NCBI GenBank assembly: GCA_002435745.1
Contig: DIWT01000004.1
Coordinates: forward strand, 19,096 to 83,095
Direction: 5' to 3'
DNA from: a bacterium UBP15_UBA6099
GTDB taxonomy: Bacteria; UBP15; UBA6099
Length of the DNA: 64,000 nt
Shown here: piece by piece, positions 56,068 to 64,000 of the stretch
Layout: the number at the start of each line of letters is the position of its first letter
Numbering within the stretch: the stretch's first letter is position 1
The notes under the pieces: generated by a model
What the model saw: the letters and a program-made list of their open reading frames with translations, nothing else
What the model was told of the DNA's origin: nothing
Database searches by the model: none
Position numbers and translations under genes: made by a program

Positions 56068-56949
56068 ATGCTTGAGCGGTTCGTAAGAGGAATCATCGAA
56101 AAAGAGGGAAAGAAATCCGTCGTCGACTTGCCTGTCGACGAGATTTCGGTCAACCCGTATCAGCCCAGAAGAACGTTCGATCCCGACAAGCTCGACGAGC
56201 TTGCCAAGTCCATCCGGGAACAGGGCGTGTTGCAGCCGGTGATAGCGCGCAAGTTCGGCGGCGGATACGAGCTTGTCGCCGGAGAGCGCAGGCTTCGCGC
56301 CTGCAAGCTGATAGGCCTTAAAACCATCCCCGCGATTGTCAGGCAGCTCGACGATCAGGACATGATCGAGATTGCCTTCATAGAGAACCTCCAGCGCGAG
56401 CAGCTCGACGATGTCGAAACCGCCGAGGCGGTCGGCAAGATGGCCGCGGCGGGCGGCGATATAAAAGCCGTCGCCGAGCGCATAGGCCGCGACGTCGATT
56501 CGGTCAAAGCCAAGCTCTGGATGCTCAAGCTGCCCCAAGTCGTCAAAAAAGCGGTCGTCTCCAAGCTTATAACCGTCGAACACGCGAGGCTCCTTTCTGA
56601 GATAGTCGGAGAGAAAAAACAGATGGAGGCCCTCGAAAAAATTTACCGGGAAAAATTGACGGTGGAGCAGACGCGCGAACTGGTAAGCTCCCTGCCTGAA
56701 TATATGAAGGCAAAACGCGGCTTCGAGAAGCCGCGCGGAAAAACTTACAGGTACTCCAAGGAGAGTTTGGGCAGGGCCGCTGCCTGCGTCGACATGATAA
56801 GACAGTTGGTGGGCGAGTTCCGCGACGCGGGCGTGAGAGTGGAGGTCAGCGAGCTTGTAACAGGCAAATCCGTCAATGTTAGGCTGTCTTTTCCTCTGGA
56901 GCGCGAAGAGTCCGGCCCTCAGCCCCGCGCGGAGGCTACAGGCGAATAA
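56068..56949 (+). CDS. ParB/Spo0J-like nuclease-domain protein
   Basis: ParB N-terminal domain boxes (ISVNPYQPRR, LAKSIREQGVLQPVI, VAGERRLRACK, IENLQRE). Confidence 0.85.
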   Translation: MLERFVRGIIEKEGKKSVVDLPVDEISVNPYQPRRTFDPDKLDELAKSIREQGVLQPVIARKFGGGYELVAGERRLRACKLIGLKTIPAIVRQLDDQDMIEIAFIENLQREQLDDVETAEAVGKMAAAGGDIKAVAERIGRDVDSVKAKLWMLKLPQVVKKAVVSKLITVEHARLLSEIVGEKKQMEALEKIYREKLTVEQTRELVSSLPEYMKAKRGFEKPRGKTYRYSKESLGRAAACVDMIRQLVGEFRDAGVRVEVSELVTGKSVNVRLSFPLEREESGPQPRAEATGE

Positions 56950-56952
56950 TCG

Positions 56953-58383
56953 ATGAACGCTCAGTCGCGCGACATGGTTTCCCCTAGGCACGCGTTCATC
57001 TTGGCCGCGATTATCGTGGCTTCAGTCGTCCTTAATTCTTTATTCGGATTTATCGATCCGGAATCGAGCCTGAAAGTCTCAAAATTCGTCGTCGGCTCAT
57101 ATTACGCCGGCGGCGCTCTTCTAACCCTTATCGCCATCCTCAATTTCGAGCTGGCGGTCCTAATTCTGATTTTCTTATCCCCGCTTGCCGGCTACACCTT
57201 GCCGGGCTTGAAGTTCTTCTTCACTCTGTCCGATATGTATTTGGTGATTCTTGTTTTTCTTATGTTAGTCCGTTCAAACCTCCGGCGTGAGCGCGGCGTT
57301 CCTTCTACCCACCTGAACAGAATAATTTTCATTTTCGTAGCTATCACCGTGTTATCCATGATGAACAGCAGAGACATGTCGAGCGGGTTCGCAAATCTGG
57401 CGCAGACTCTGGAATTCTTCGTCTTTGCTTATTTCCTGATTGTCGTCGCGGTTTACAAACGGGGCGTGCTTGACGCGATTATTTACGCGATTGTGATTGT
57501 CAGCGCCCTCGTGTCGATACAAGGGATACTTCAGTATTTCCAACTCGGCGGCGGCGACACGAGGATATTCGGCGCTCTGGGGCATTTCAACGCCACCGGC
57601 TCATATCTGGCGATGAACTTGGTCTTCACTTTCAATCTGGCTTTGGCCCAGAAGGATCTCAAAACGAAATACTTCTACTATGCGATAATAATACTGAACA
57701 CCGCCGCTCTTCTTATGACATTCTCGCGCGGAGCGTGGATCGCCACAATATTAGGCATAGTGTTGTCTGCGCAGATTCGAGGAATGATACAGTTCATCAG
57801 GGCGTTCGCGCTCATAGTAGTGGCGATAACGGTTCTGGCCGTAGCCGCGCCTCCCCGCTACATAGGAAGGCTTTACTCGGCTCCCCGCGTGGCTGACGAG
57901 GCTTCTCTCAGTCGCCTCCGCCAGTATGAAATCGCCACGGACACTATCTCCACGTATCCTCTGCTCGGCGTCGGGCTTGGCAGCAATCTCGAATATGTCA
58001 CTCTGGTCTACAATGAGCCTCACAACAGCGAGATTCACAATCTTTTCCTTCATGTCGGCAGCGAGAGGGGCGTCCCGGCGATGATAGCGCTATGCGCGAT
58101 CTTCGTGTCTTTCTTCGTTAATATCGTCCGCCGCATCGGCCGCACGACAGACCCTTTCTTTTACTCTTTTTACATCGCCCTGTTCGCCGCCGTCGTGGCG
58201 TTTGCGACTGTGAATATGTTTGCCTATCAGCTTATCCGCGGGCTTGGCATTCCGTTCGCCATATTTCTGGCGCTTTTCCCGGCGGCGACCTATATAGAAG
58301 ACAACACGCCGGCGGAGACTGAATGGGCGGGAATGCTTTCGTCCCTCGACCTGAAGCGACACCATATAGAAATGGGAATCTGA
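56953..58383 (+). CDS. O-antigen ligase/polymerase-family membrane protein (Wzy_C-like)
   Basis: About 10-12 hydrophobic segments with a large loop containing SRGAW...; typical of the O-antigen ligase family. It lies in an EPS context. Confidence 0.75.
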   Translation: MNAQSRDMVSPRHAFILAAIIVASVVLNSLFGFIDPESSLKVSKFVVGSYYAGGALLTLIAILNFELAVLILIFLSPLAGYTLPGLKFFFTLSDMYLVILVFLMLVRSNLRRERGVPSTHLNRIIFIFVAITVLSMMNSRDMSSGFANLAQTLEFFVFAYFLIVVAVYKRGVLDAIIYAIVIVSALVSIQGILQYFQLGGGDTRIFGALGHFNATGSYLAMNLVFTFNLALAQKDLKTKYFYYAIIILNTAALLMTFSRGAWIATILGIVLSAQIRGMIQFIRAFALIVVAITVLAVAAPPRYIGRLYSAPRVADEASLSRLRQYEIATDTISTYPLLGVGLGSNLEYVTLVYNEPHNSEIHNLFLHVGSERGVPAMIALCAIFVSFFVNIVRRIGRTTDPFFYSFYIALFAAVVAFATVNMFAYQLIRGLGIPFAIFLALFPAATYIEDNTPAETEWAGMLSSLDLKRHHIEMGI

Positions 58384-58386
58384 CCC

Positions 58387-59547
58387 GTGGCCCCAGCCGC
58401 CGTTCTCTACGTCGTCTGCGATTCAGACCTTTACGGCACGCAGAGGAACATTCTCAGCGCGGCGCGACGTCTGGACCCCGCCCGCCACATGCCTCTGGTC
58501 GCCTCGCCTCCGCGAGGACGTTTCACCGACGCTCTCAGGGCCGAAAGAATACCCCACTTCCCCGTGCCTCTCGCCAACCTCAGAGACGCCTCGTCCGTCG
58601 CCGCCCTGAGAAACATCATTGCGACCGAAAACGTCGCCATCGTCCATGCCCATCTCGGAATAAGCGCGTTCCTGTCGCTTGCGGCAGCGCGGCTTTCCGG
58701 CAACCCTCCAGTCGTCGCCACCCGCCACTTCATCGAGGATAGATACGCGACAATATCCAACCCCGCCCTTAAACGGCTTTACACCCGGATATATGCCCGC
58801 ATGAACAAGCGGTTCGCGCGCGTCATATTCGTGTCGGAGGCCGTTCGCTCAGCCATCGAGCGGCGCGAAGGCGCGCTCGGAGAGCGAGGCGTAGTCATCC
58901 CGAACGGAATAGACATACTGCGAGGGCCTTTCAAAGAGGAGCTTCTGCCAGAAGACTCGGAGCGGATACGCGACAGGTTCGGCGTCCCTCCCGGAAGATT
59001 CCTTGTCTCCACGCTCTCGCGTCTGGCGCCGGAGAAAGGGCTGGACACACTTCTCGAAACCGCCGCCGTCCTCGAACGCGCGTTCCCGGGACGCTTCCAC
59101 TTCATAGTCGCGGGCGAAGGCCCGCTGAGAGAGTCTCTGCCGTCCGCCGCCGCCGCCCTGAACGTTTCAGCTAGCGTGACGCTCGCCGGATACGTCGACA
59201 ACCCCGGAGAACTGCTGGCCGCGTCGGACGCTTTCGTGTTGTGCTCCCGCGCCGAGCCGTTCGGAATAGCCCTGCTGGAGGCTATGGCTGCGGGGCTGCC
59301 TTGCGTCGCCGCCGGCGCGGGCGGCCCGCTCGAAATCATCTCCGACAACGACAGCGGCCTGTTCTTCGCGCCGGGCGATGCGCGGGGATTGGCCTCGCGA
59401 CTGCTCGATATCGAAGCCGACCTTTCGTTGCGCGAGCGTTTGGTGCGCGGCGCCCGCGCCCGCGTCGTCAACTTCGACGAACGCTCTCTCTCCTTGCTCC
59501 TCGCCTCCGTTTATGACGATGCGCTCGCCCTCGGCAAACGCCGGTAA
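58387..59547 (+). CDS. Glycosyltransferase family 4 (GT-B)
   Basis: C-terminal EX7E-type motif region (RAEPFGIALLEAMAAGLPCVA). The start is GTG, 3 nt after the upstream stop. Confidence 0.85.
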   Translation: MAPAAVLYVVCDSDLYGTQRNILSAARRLDPARHMPLVASPPRGRFTDALRAERIPHFPVPLANLRDASSVAALRNIIATENVAIVHAHLGISAFLSLAAARLSGNPPVVATRHFIEDRYATISNPALKRLYTRIYARMNKRFARVIFVSEAVRSAIERREGALGERGVVIPNGIDILRGPFKEELLPEDSERIRDRFGVPPGRFLVSTLSRLAPEKGLDTLLETAAVLERAFPGRFHFIVAGEGPLRESLPSAAAALNVSASVTLAGYVDNPGELLAASDAFVLCSRAEPFGIALLEAMAAGLPCVAAGAGGPLEIISDNDSGLFFAPGDARGLASRLLDIEADLSLRERLVRGARARVVNFDERSLSLLLASVYDDALALGKRR

Positions 59548-59717
59548 TCCATTATAAAACAGGCTTGATTGTCGTTTTTTTCTGCTAACGATTTATTTGT
59601 GTTGCCATAAAGCAATGGTTTTTGAATCTGCGCGCGCTATCGGCGAATCAGGCTTACAGCGTCATATATACGAAGAACTAAATGAAAGCTCCCATTTGCT
59701 ATTTTGGTGAAAAGCAT

Positions 59718-59746
59718 CATGCGCAAAAGAAAAAGTTTTGCGCATG
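59718..59746. terminator. Perfect 11-bp-stem hairpin between convergent genes (possible bidirectional terminator)
   Basis: CATGCGCAAAA-GAAAAAG-TTTTGCGCATG lies in a 289-nt AT-rich gap between the GT4 (+) and methyltransferase (-) genes. U-tracts are weak. Confidence 0.35.
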
Positions 59747-59836
59747 GCACACTTGGCAGTGGGTAGAATCATCTAATAGCATGTATAATATCATTTGTGA
59801 TTTTATACGGTAGTATTACTAAAGCAAGCAGATGTT

Positions 59837-60862
59837 CTAGCCCTTTTTCACAAAAACGATCTGGACGCCGTGCGCCCATGAGACAAGTCTGAACGTTCTG
59901 TGAAGCGCTTCGATGAACACGAGGCAGGCGAGCAGAATCGGATGCCTGTCGAAAAACATGCTGCCGCTGAAGACAGACGCCGGGATAATCTCTGCCGGAG
60001 CTAGGCCAGCTTCCGCGCCCGCCTTAAGGTATCCTTTCAGATTCATTTCGGATATGTGGCCGTAACCGTGTTCCGGCTTGTCGGTCTTGCCGATGCCCGG
60101 TTTTGTGCCGCCGTCGTAATACTTTTTCTCAAGTTTTCCGAACGAAACGGCGCTCAGGATTTTTGAGGCCGTCTTGAAAAGGCTGTTCTTGAGGGGAGAG
60201 GTGAACACGATTTTGCCGCCGGGCTTCAGCGTCCGCGCGGTCTCTCTCAAAGCGGCGGCGAGGTCTTGGCTGTGTTCGAGAACGTCAGAGCAGAGAATGA
60301 TGTGGAAAGAGCCGTCCTCGAATACAAGCCCGGCGTCGACATCGCCCTCTGAAAACTCGCAGTTGTCGTATCCCGGTATCGCGTCGCTGAAAGCCGTGGC
60401 GAACTCAAGGGCCTTAGGGTCTATGTCGATTCCGGCGAAGTGGATGTCGTTCCCGCCGCCGTGCCGGGCGTTGAGCATGAAGATATGGTTTCCATACGCG
60501 CAACCGACGTCCAGAACCCGGATTTCTTTTGTTCCTGCCGTCCTGAGCCTTTCAATCTCTTCTTTCACAATTCTGAATATGTTGGCGTTCCTTTCCCTGT
60601 CCATCCAGACGGTGAGCAGGGAGATTTCGCGCTCGTGCTGATGCGCCACCTTGTTTTCGAGCGAGGGCCGGAACTTCTCTCCCTCTCTTAATAACAGTTT
60701 TCTGTAAAGGCCGTCCATTAAGAATCTGTCCCGGACGCGGTATTGCGGCGAAAACGCGCCGCGAGCGTAGAATCCGCGAAAGTCTGATTCACTATCATAT
60801 TCTACAAAGAAAACCGGCGAAGGCAAATCCGGGGGTGGCGGCGGGGGGCGGTTGCTTATCAA
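59837..60862 (-). CDS. Class I SAM-dependent methyltransferase
   Basis: Motif I VLDVGCAYGNH and post-I/II acidic residues (AGIDID). Length is 341 aa. Confidence 0.8.
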   Translation of the reverse strand: MISNRPPPPPPDLPSPVFFVEYDSESDFRGFYARGAFSPQYRVRDRFLMDGLYRKLLLREGEKFRPSLENKVAHQHEREISLLTVWMDRERNANIFRIVKEEIERLRTAGTKEIRVLDVGCAYGNHIFMLNARHGGGNDIHFAGIDIDPKALEFATAFSDAIPGYDNCEFSEGDVDAGLVFEDGSFHIILCSDVLEHSQDLAAALRETARTLKPGGKIVFTSPLKNSLFKTASKILSAVSFGKLEKKYYDGGTKPGIGKTDKPEHGYGHISEMNLKGYLKAGAEAGLAPAEIIPASVFSGSMFFDRHPILLACLVFIEALHRTFRLVSWAHGVQIVFVKKG

Positions 60863-60976
60863 TCATTGCGTGTAAAAAAGGTTGCTTTTTTGCGTCTTGA
60901 TGCGCGCTCTCGGGGCGACGGATAATCAAGACGCGAAAGCTGAAAACACAAATCTTAACAACGGAGGACTCGAAGG

Positions 60977-62119
60977 ATGAAGATTGACGTGAGGGTTGCG
61001 CGCGTTTTTGCGACTGCGGCGCTCATTGCGGCGGTCGCGGCGCAGTTTGCCGGAGCGCAAAAGGCTCCGCAAGGAGCGAAGGGCGGCAAGGCCGAAGACG
61101 CGAACGTGATGATTGTTTATTCTGGAAAGCATTTTGCGTCCGCCGACCCGATGAGCGCCGTGTCAGGCTCGTCGTTGCCGACGAAAAGGCAGGTTGAAAG
61201 CGAAACGAAAGAGCCCTCGCTCGAAGATAGGATGTCCGGCCTCGAAAGCAGGATGGACGACATACAGAAGGATTTAAGAAAGATATCCATATTGATAAGC
61301 GGGTTCGCGGGCGACTACCCGGTGTTCAAGACGGAGACTGCCGGCAAGCTTGAAAGGATTTCCGCGCAGGTGGGCTCGTTCCAAAAAGACGTGTCGGACG
61401 TTGAAAAAGCAAAGGCGGCGGCTCTCGATGCCGCCGCGAAGATGGAGGCGATGCGAGGCGAGGCGCTTATTCTGGCGGAGGATATCAAGACGAGCCGGAA
61501 TTATTTGAGCGAGAGGTACGAGGAACTGCGCTTCGTGGAAGAGAACATAGGAAAGGTTGCGGAGGACGCTGGAAATAAAAAGCAACAAATAGACCAGAGA
61601 TACGACGCTTTTAAAGAGTATTCGGAAAAGCTTAACGACAGGACGTCGATGCTGGCGGACATGGCGATGCGCGCCGCCGGAAACGCTCAGAGCCAAGCCG
61701 TCGCCGCCGAGCGAAAAGCGGAAAACGCGCAGAAAACAATCGTGGATACCGCTAAGACTGCGGCAGGAGAAAAGTATTCGGAGGAATACCCCGATCTTTC
61801 CGATAGGATTCGAGAAATGGTCGACAAGCGCACCGATGTGGTTTTTGATGAATCAATGAAGACAGCCAAAGATGTGGTGGTATCCGGAATAGAGGCTGCT
61901 GTTAGTCATACGATGATGTGTCTCGGTATAGTAGCGATTATGGTAACCTTTGTCGCGACAGTAGTAACAGTGTATTTCAGCAAAAGGCTCAATTTTGAGA
62001 CCGAAATAAGCAAAAGCGACTCGAAAAAAAGACGCGACGCGGACGACGAGACCGCGCCGCTGCTGCCCGAAAAGGCGGCGACAAAGCCTCCTGAGCCAGA
62101 GGATAAAACGGCAAGCTGA
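60977..62119 (+). CDS. Hypothetical coiled-coil protein with an N-terminal signal peptide and a C-terminal TM anchor
   Basis: An SD (GGAGGA) precedes the ATG. It has a signal-like N-terminus, a long heptad-rich E/K/A region, a hydrophobic MMCLGIVAIMVTFVATVVTVYF segment and a charged tail. Confidence 0.6.
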   Translation: MKIDVRVARVFATAALIAAVAAQFAGAQKAPQGAKGGKAEDANVMIVYSGKHFASADPMSAVSGSSLPTKRQVESETKEPSLEDRMSGLESRMDDIQKDLRKISILISGFAGDYPVFKTETAGKLERISAQVGSFQKDVSDVEKAKAAALDAAAKMEAMRGEALILAEDIKTSRNYLSERYEELRFVEENIGKVAEDAGNKKQQIDQRYDAFKEYSEKLNDRTSMLADMAMRAAGNAQSQAVAAERKAENAQKTIVDTAKTAAGEKYSEEYPDLSDRIREMVDKRTDVVFDESMKTAKDVVVSGIEAAVSHTMMCLGIVAIMVTFVATVVTVYFSKRLNFETEISKSDSKKRRDADDETAPLLPEKAATKPPEPEDKTAS

Positions 62120-62229
62120 CAATCTGCGGAATGAACAAAGATGGAAGGGGAAGATTGTGTGAGCGGCATATGATTTGCTTTCAGTCGCCGCGAGGCGGGC
62201 GTTGAAAAAACAAAACGGGGAGGGCGATT

Positions 62230-62565
62230 ATGCAAGAACAGGGGTTTATGAGCGTGGATCAGGCAAAAAGCGTCGCAATTTCATTCCTAGGTCAGTTCGG
62301 AAGCTCGGTTTCGGAAAGCGACAGTATAGATTGGAACATTGTTTTTAAGAATAAACTGGCATCTTCGGGCTGGAACCGCGAACAGGTTCTCGGGTGGGCG
62401 TTGATGATTCTAAACGGGATTGTGAACACGGAGATGGGTTCCCAGCCGGGCATCTGGCACATGGAAGAGAATAAATGGTTCCGGTATTTTGCGACGTGGG
62501 TAAGTTCCGGAGAGCAGTCCAACAGCTTTGAAAACTTCGTCGCATTTTTGAGATGGGCGGTGTGA
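62230..62565 (+). CDS. Hypothetical protein (111 aa)
   Basis: An ORF with ordinary amino-acid composition, co-directional with and abutting the next gene. No motif recognised. Confidence 0.45.
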   Translation: MQEQGFMSVDQAKSVAISFLGQFGSSVSESDSIDWNIVFKNKLASSGWNREQVLGWALMILNGIVNTEMGSQPGIWHMEENKWFRYFATWVSSGEQSNSFENFVAFLRWAV

Positions 62566-62567
62566 CA

Positions 62568-63974
62568 ATGCAAAAATACAACGGAGCAGTCGCGGCGGCG
62601 GTTCTAGCATTGTCACTGGTCATGTCTTGCGCGGCGGCGGCGGGGCAAGAGGGCGGAAACCGGACGGCAAAAAGCGAAATAGCCGCATCGGCCAATGCGG
62701 AGGAAACCCGTCCTGTTTGCGATCCGGGAAAACTCGCGATATCTAAGACTCTGGAATACAGCTATACGATGAAAAAGTTTTTGGCGACCGTGGAGTTTGG
62801 CGAGAATTACGTGGATAAAGACAAGACGCCAAGCGATGTTCAACCTGTAGCGACGGAGAAAGACCCGATGCTTTGCGTGGGAGAAAAAGACAAGGAATGT
62901 GTGGAAATCACGCCACTTGAATGTAATTTCAGAATTGTAAAGGAGGGAAAAAAGGTCGAGGCAGCCGACGCGAACACCGGAATGGAGAAGTTTGAGATTC
63001 AATGCTCATACGATGCCCGAAAGGTGGAAGCGGCGAAGCGGCTATCCGCAGAAATAAAGCTGACCACTCCGCCCGGAACGTTCGTGTGCTCAGGCCAACC
63101 GATATCCGAAGAAATTGTTTTCACTCTGGAAGACAAGGGAAAGTTGCTTGAAAAACTTTTCAGGGCGGGGCCGAAGATTGGAGTTGAAAATCTCGAAGTG
63201 GCGCCATCCGCGAGTTCGGACGAGTCAGGCAAAGACGGTTTTTACATCAAGTTCGATTTCACGACGACTCCGGCGGGAATGAAGCATAAATATTCGGAAG
63301 ATGGGCAGGGCATGACAACGCAATATTGGTCCGCAAAGATGTCCGGCAAATTCGCCACGAACGAAGCCGACTATTTCGACGCCCTGAAGTTCGAGGGCGC
63401 GTGGGTGGCGGAGAGATCGAGCTGGGGCGAGGGGAACTTGCTCGCGGACCGCTCATTCTCGGTGTACGCGCGGCCTGAGACTACATCGGACGGGGACGAC
63501 ACGGATTTCAACTGCGGTTTGAGGTTGGCGGGAGTTCCCCGCGTCGCAATCCGAACCGGCAACAGAATGAACTTCCAGCCGTATCCCTACGCGCAACTGA
63601 GTTTCGAGTCGGTCAATCCCGTGAAGCGCAAGACAGGCGACGAGCCGGAGGCGTACGAACGCGTCACCGGCGCTCTGCGGTGGGATATTTATCTGACCAA
63701 CGATTCTCTTCTTTCGTTCGACGGCAGATTGGACCGGAACTTCGGCGCGGGCGAAGCGCCGCGTTGGACCCGTCTGGTTGATTTGAAAGTGATGATCGCG
63801 GATGACATCGCAGACGGCGCGGGAGGGACGAAGCGGAAGTGGACGCCTTTCATCAAGTACACAGTCGGCAAGGACGGCCCGAAGAGCGAATTCATTCAAA
63901 AAACCATGCTCGGAGTCTTGTTCGGCATTTCTGACACCGGCAAAACGACGCCCGCAAAACCCAAATCGGATTAG
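62568..63974 (+). CDS. Hypothetical secreted protein / lipoprotein (about 468 aa)
   Basis: The ATG at 62568 lies 2 nt after the upstream stop (the ORF track starts at 62553, in frame). The signal peptide has a lipobox-like LVMSC. No motif recognised. Confidence 0.6.
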   Translation: MQKYNGAVAAAVLALSLVMSCAAAAGQEGGNRTAKSEIAASANAEETRPVCDPGKLAISKTLEYSYTMKKFLATVEFGENYVDKDKTPSDVQPVATEKDPMLCVGEKDKECVEITPLECNFRIVKEGKKVEAADANTGMEKFEIQCSYDARKVEAAKRLSAEIKLTTPPGTFVCSGQPISEEIVFTLEDKGKLLEKLFRAGPKIGVENLEVAPSASSDESGKDGFYIKFDFTTTPAGMKHKYSEDGQGMTTQYWSAKMSGKFATNEADYFDALKFEGAWVAERSSWGEGNLLADRSFSVYARPETTSDGDDTDFNCGLRLAGVPRVAIRTGNRMNFQPYPYAQLSFESVNPVKRKTGDEPEAYERVTGALRWDIYLTNDSLLSFDGRLDRNFGAGEAPRWTRLVDLKVMIADDIADGAGGTKRKWTPFIKYTVGKDGPKSEFIQKTMLGVLFGISDTGKTTPAKPKSD

Positions 63975-64000
63975 AAGAAGAAGCGGTCGCGGCAAAGCAA

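Noticed and set aside
59682-59813. A 43-aa plus-strand ORF (MKAPICYFGEKHHAQKKKFCAWHTWQWVESSNSMYNIICDFIR) in the AT-rich gap after the GT4 gene.
   Set aside because: It has no SD, and it contains the 11-bp-stem palindrome at 59718-59746, which is better explained as a terminator between convergent genes. There is no neighbouring maturase or partner gene.

Overview
This is a 64-kb segment of a high-GC bacterial chromosome (about 60-65% G+C by eye). It is densely coding, with about 55 genes. I recognised no rRNA, tRNA, CRISPR array, integrase or transposase. Backbone content, in order: a small XRE-regulator / 80-aa protein / receiver-domain operon; a carbon-nitrogen hydrolase; three tandem 275-aa flagellin paralogues, each with its own sigma-28-type promoter, GGA-loop leader hairpin and terminator; a B12-binding radical SAM enzyme; a lipoprotein, a TPR protein and HtpX; a membrane spermidine-synthase-like protein, a GT87/DUF2029-like protein and a MurC-type ligase; STAS, a PflX-type radical SAM, RimI and thioredoxin; RelA/SpoT, Apt, RecJ, SecF and SecD; a GntR-headed operon (GlpD-like, FAD-linked oxidase, FGGY kinase, glycyl radical enzyme) plus a second near-identical FGGY kinase; AlkP-family and rhodanese proteins; a PfkB kinase and AhcY; an exopolysaccharide block (BY-kinase, ParB-like, O-antigen-ligase-like, GT4, methyltransferase); and three secreted or membrane orphans. 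Three insertions look compositionally foreign. (1) A ~4.9-kb very AT-rich island (about 7980-12899) carries a co-directional cassette: a 193-aa orphan, a 48-aa Cys-containing ORF absent from the ORF track, an RRE-radical SAM/SPASM maturase, and an SNF2 ATPase that overlaps the maturase by 8 nt. This is my top candidate for an undescribed system. (2) A ~5.7-kb intermediate-GC island (about 15700-21450) holds a four-gene overlapping restriction-modification-like operon: a short MTase-like protein, an Eco57I-type N6A MTase, a Bro-N/DinD-like protein and a GIY-YIG(T5orf172)-SF2 helicase. (3) A ~0.9-kb AT-rich patch (about 29215-30130) supplies a zinc-ribbon/hydrophobic C-terminal extension to thioredoxin plus a RelE/ParE toxin-antitoxin pair. 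All functional calls rest on motifs I could read in the translations. No database search was run.
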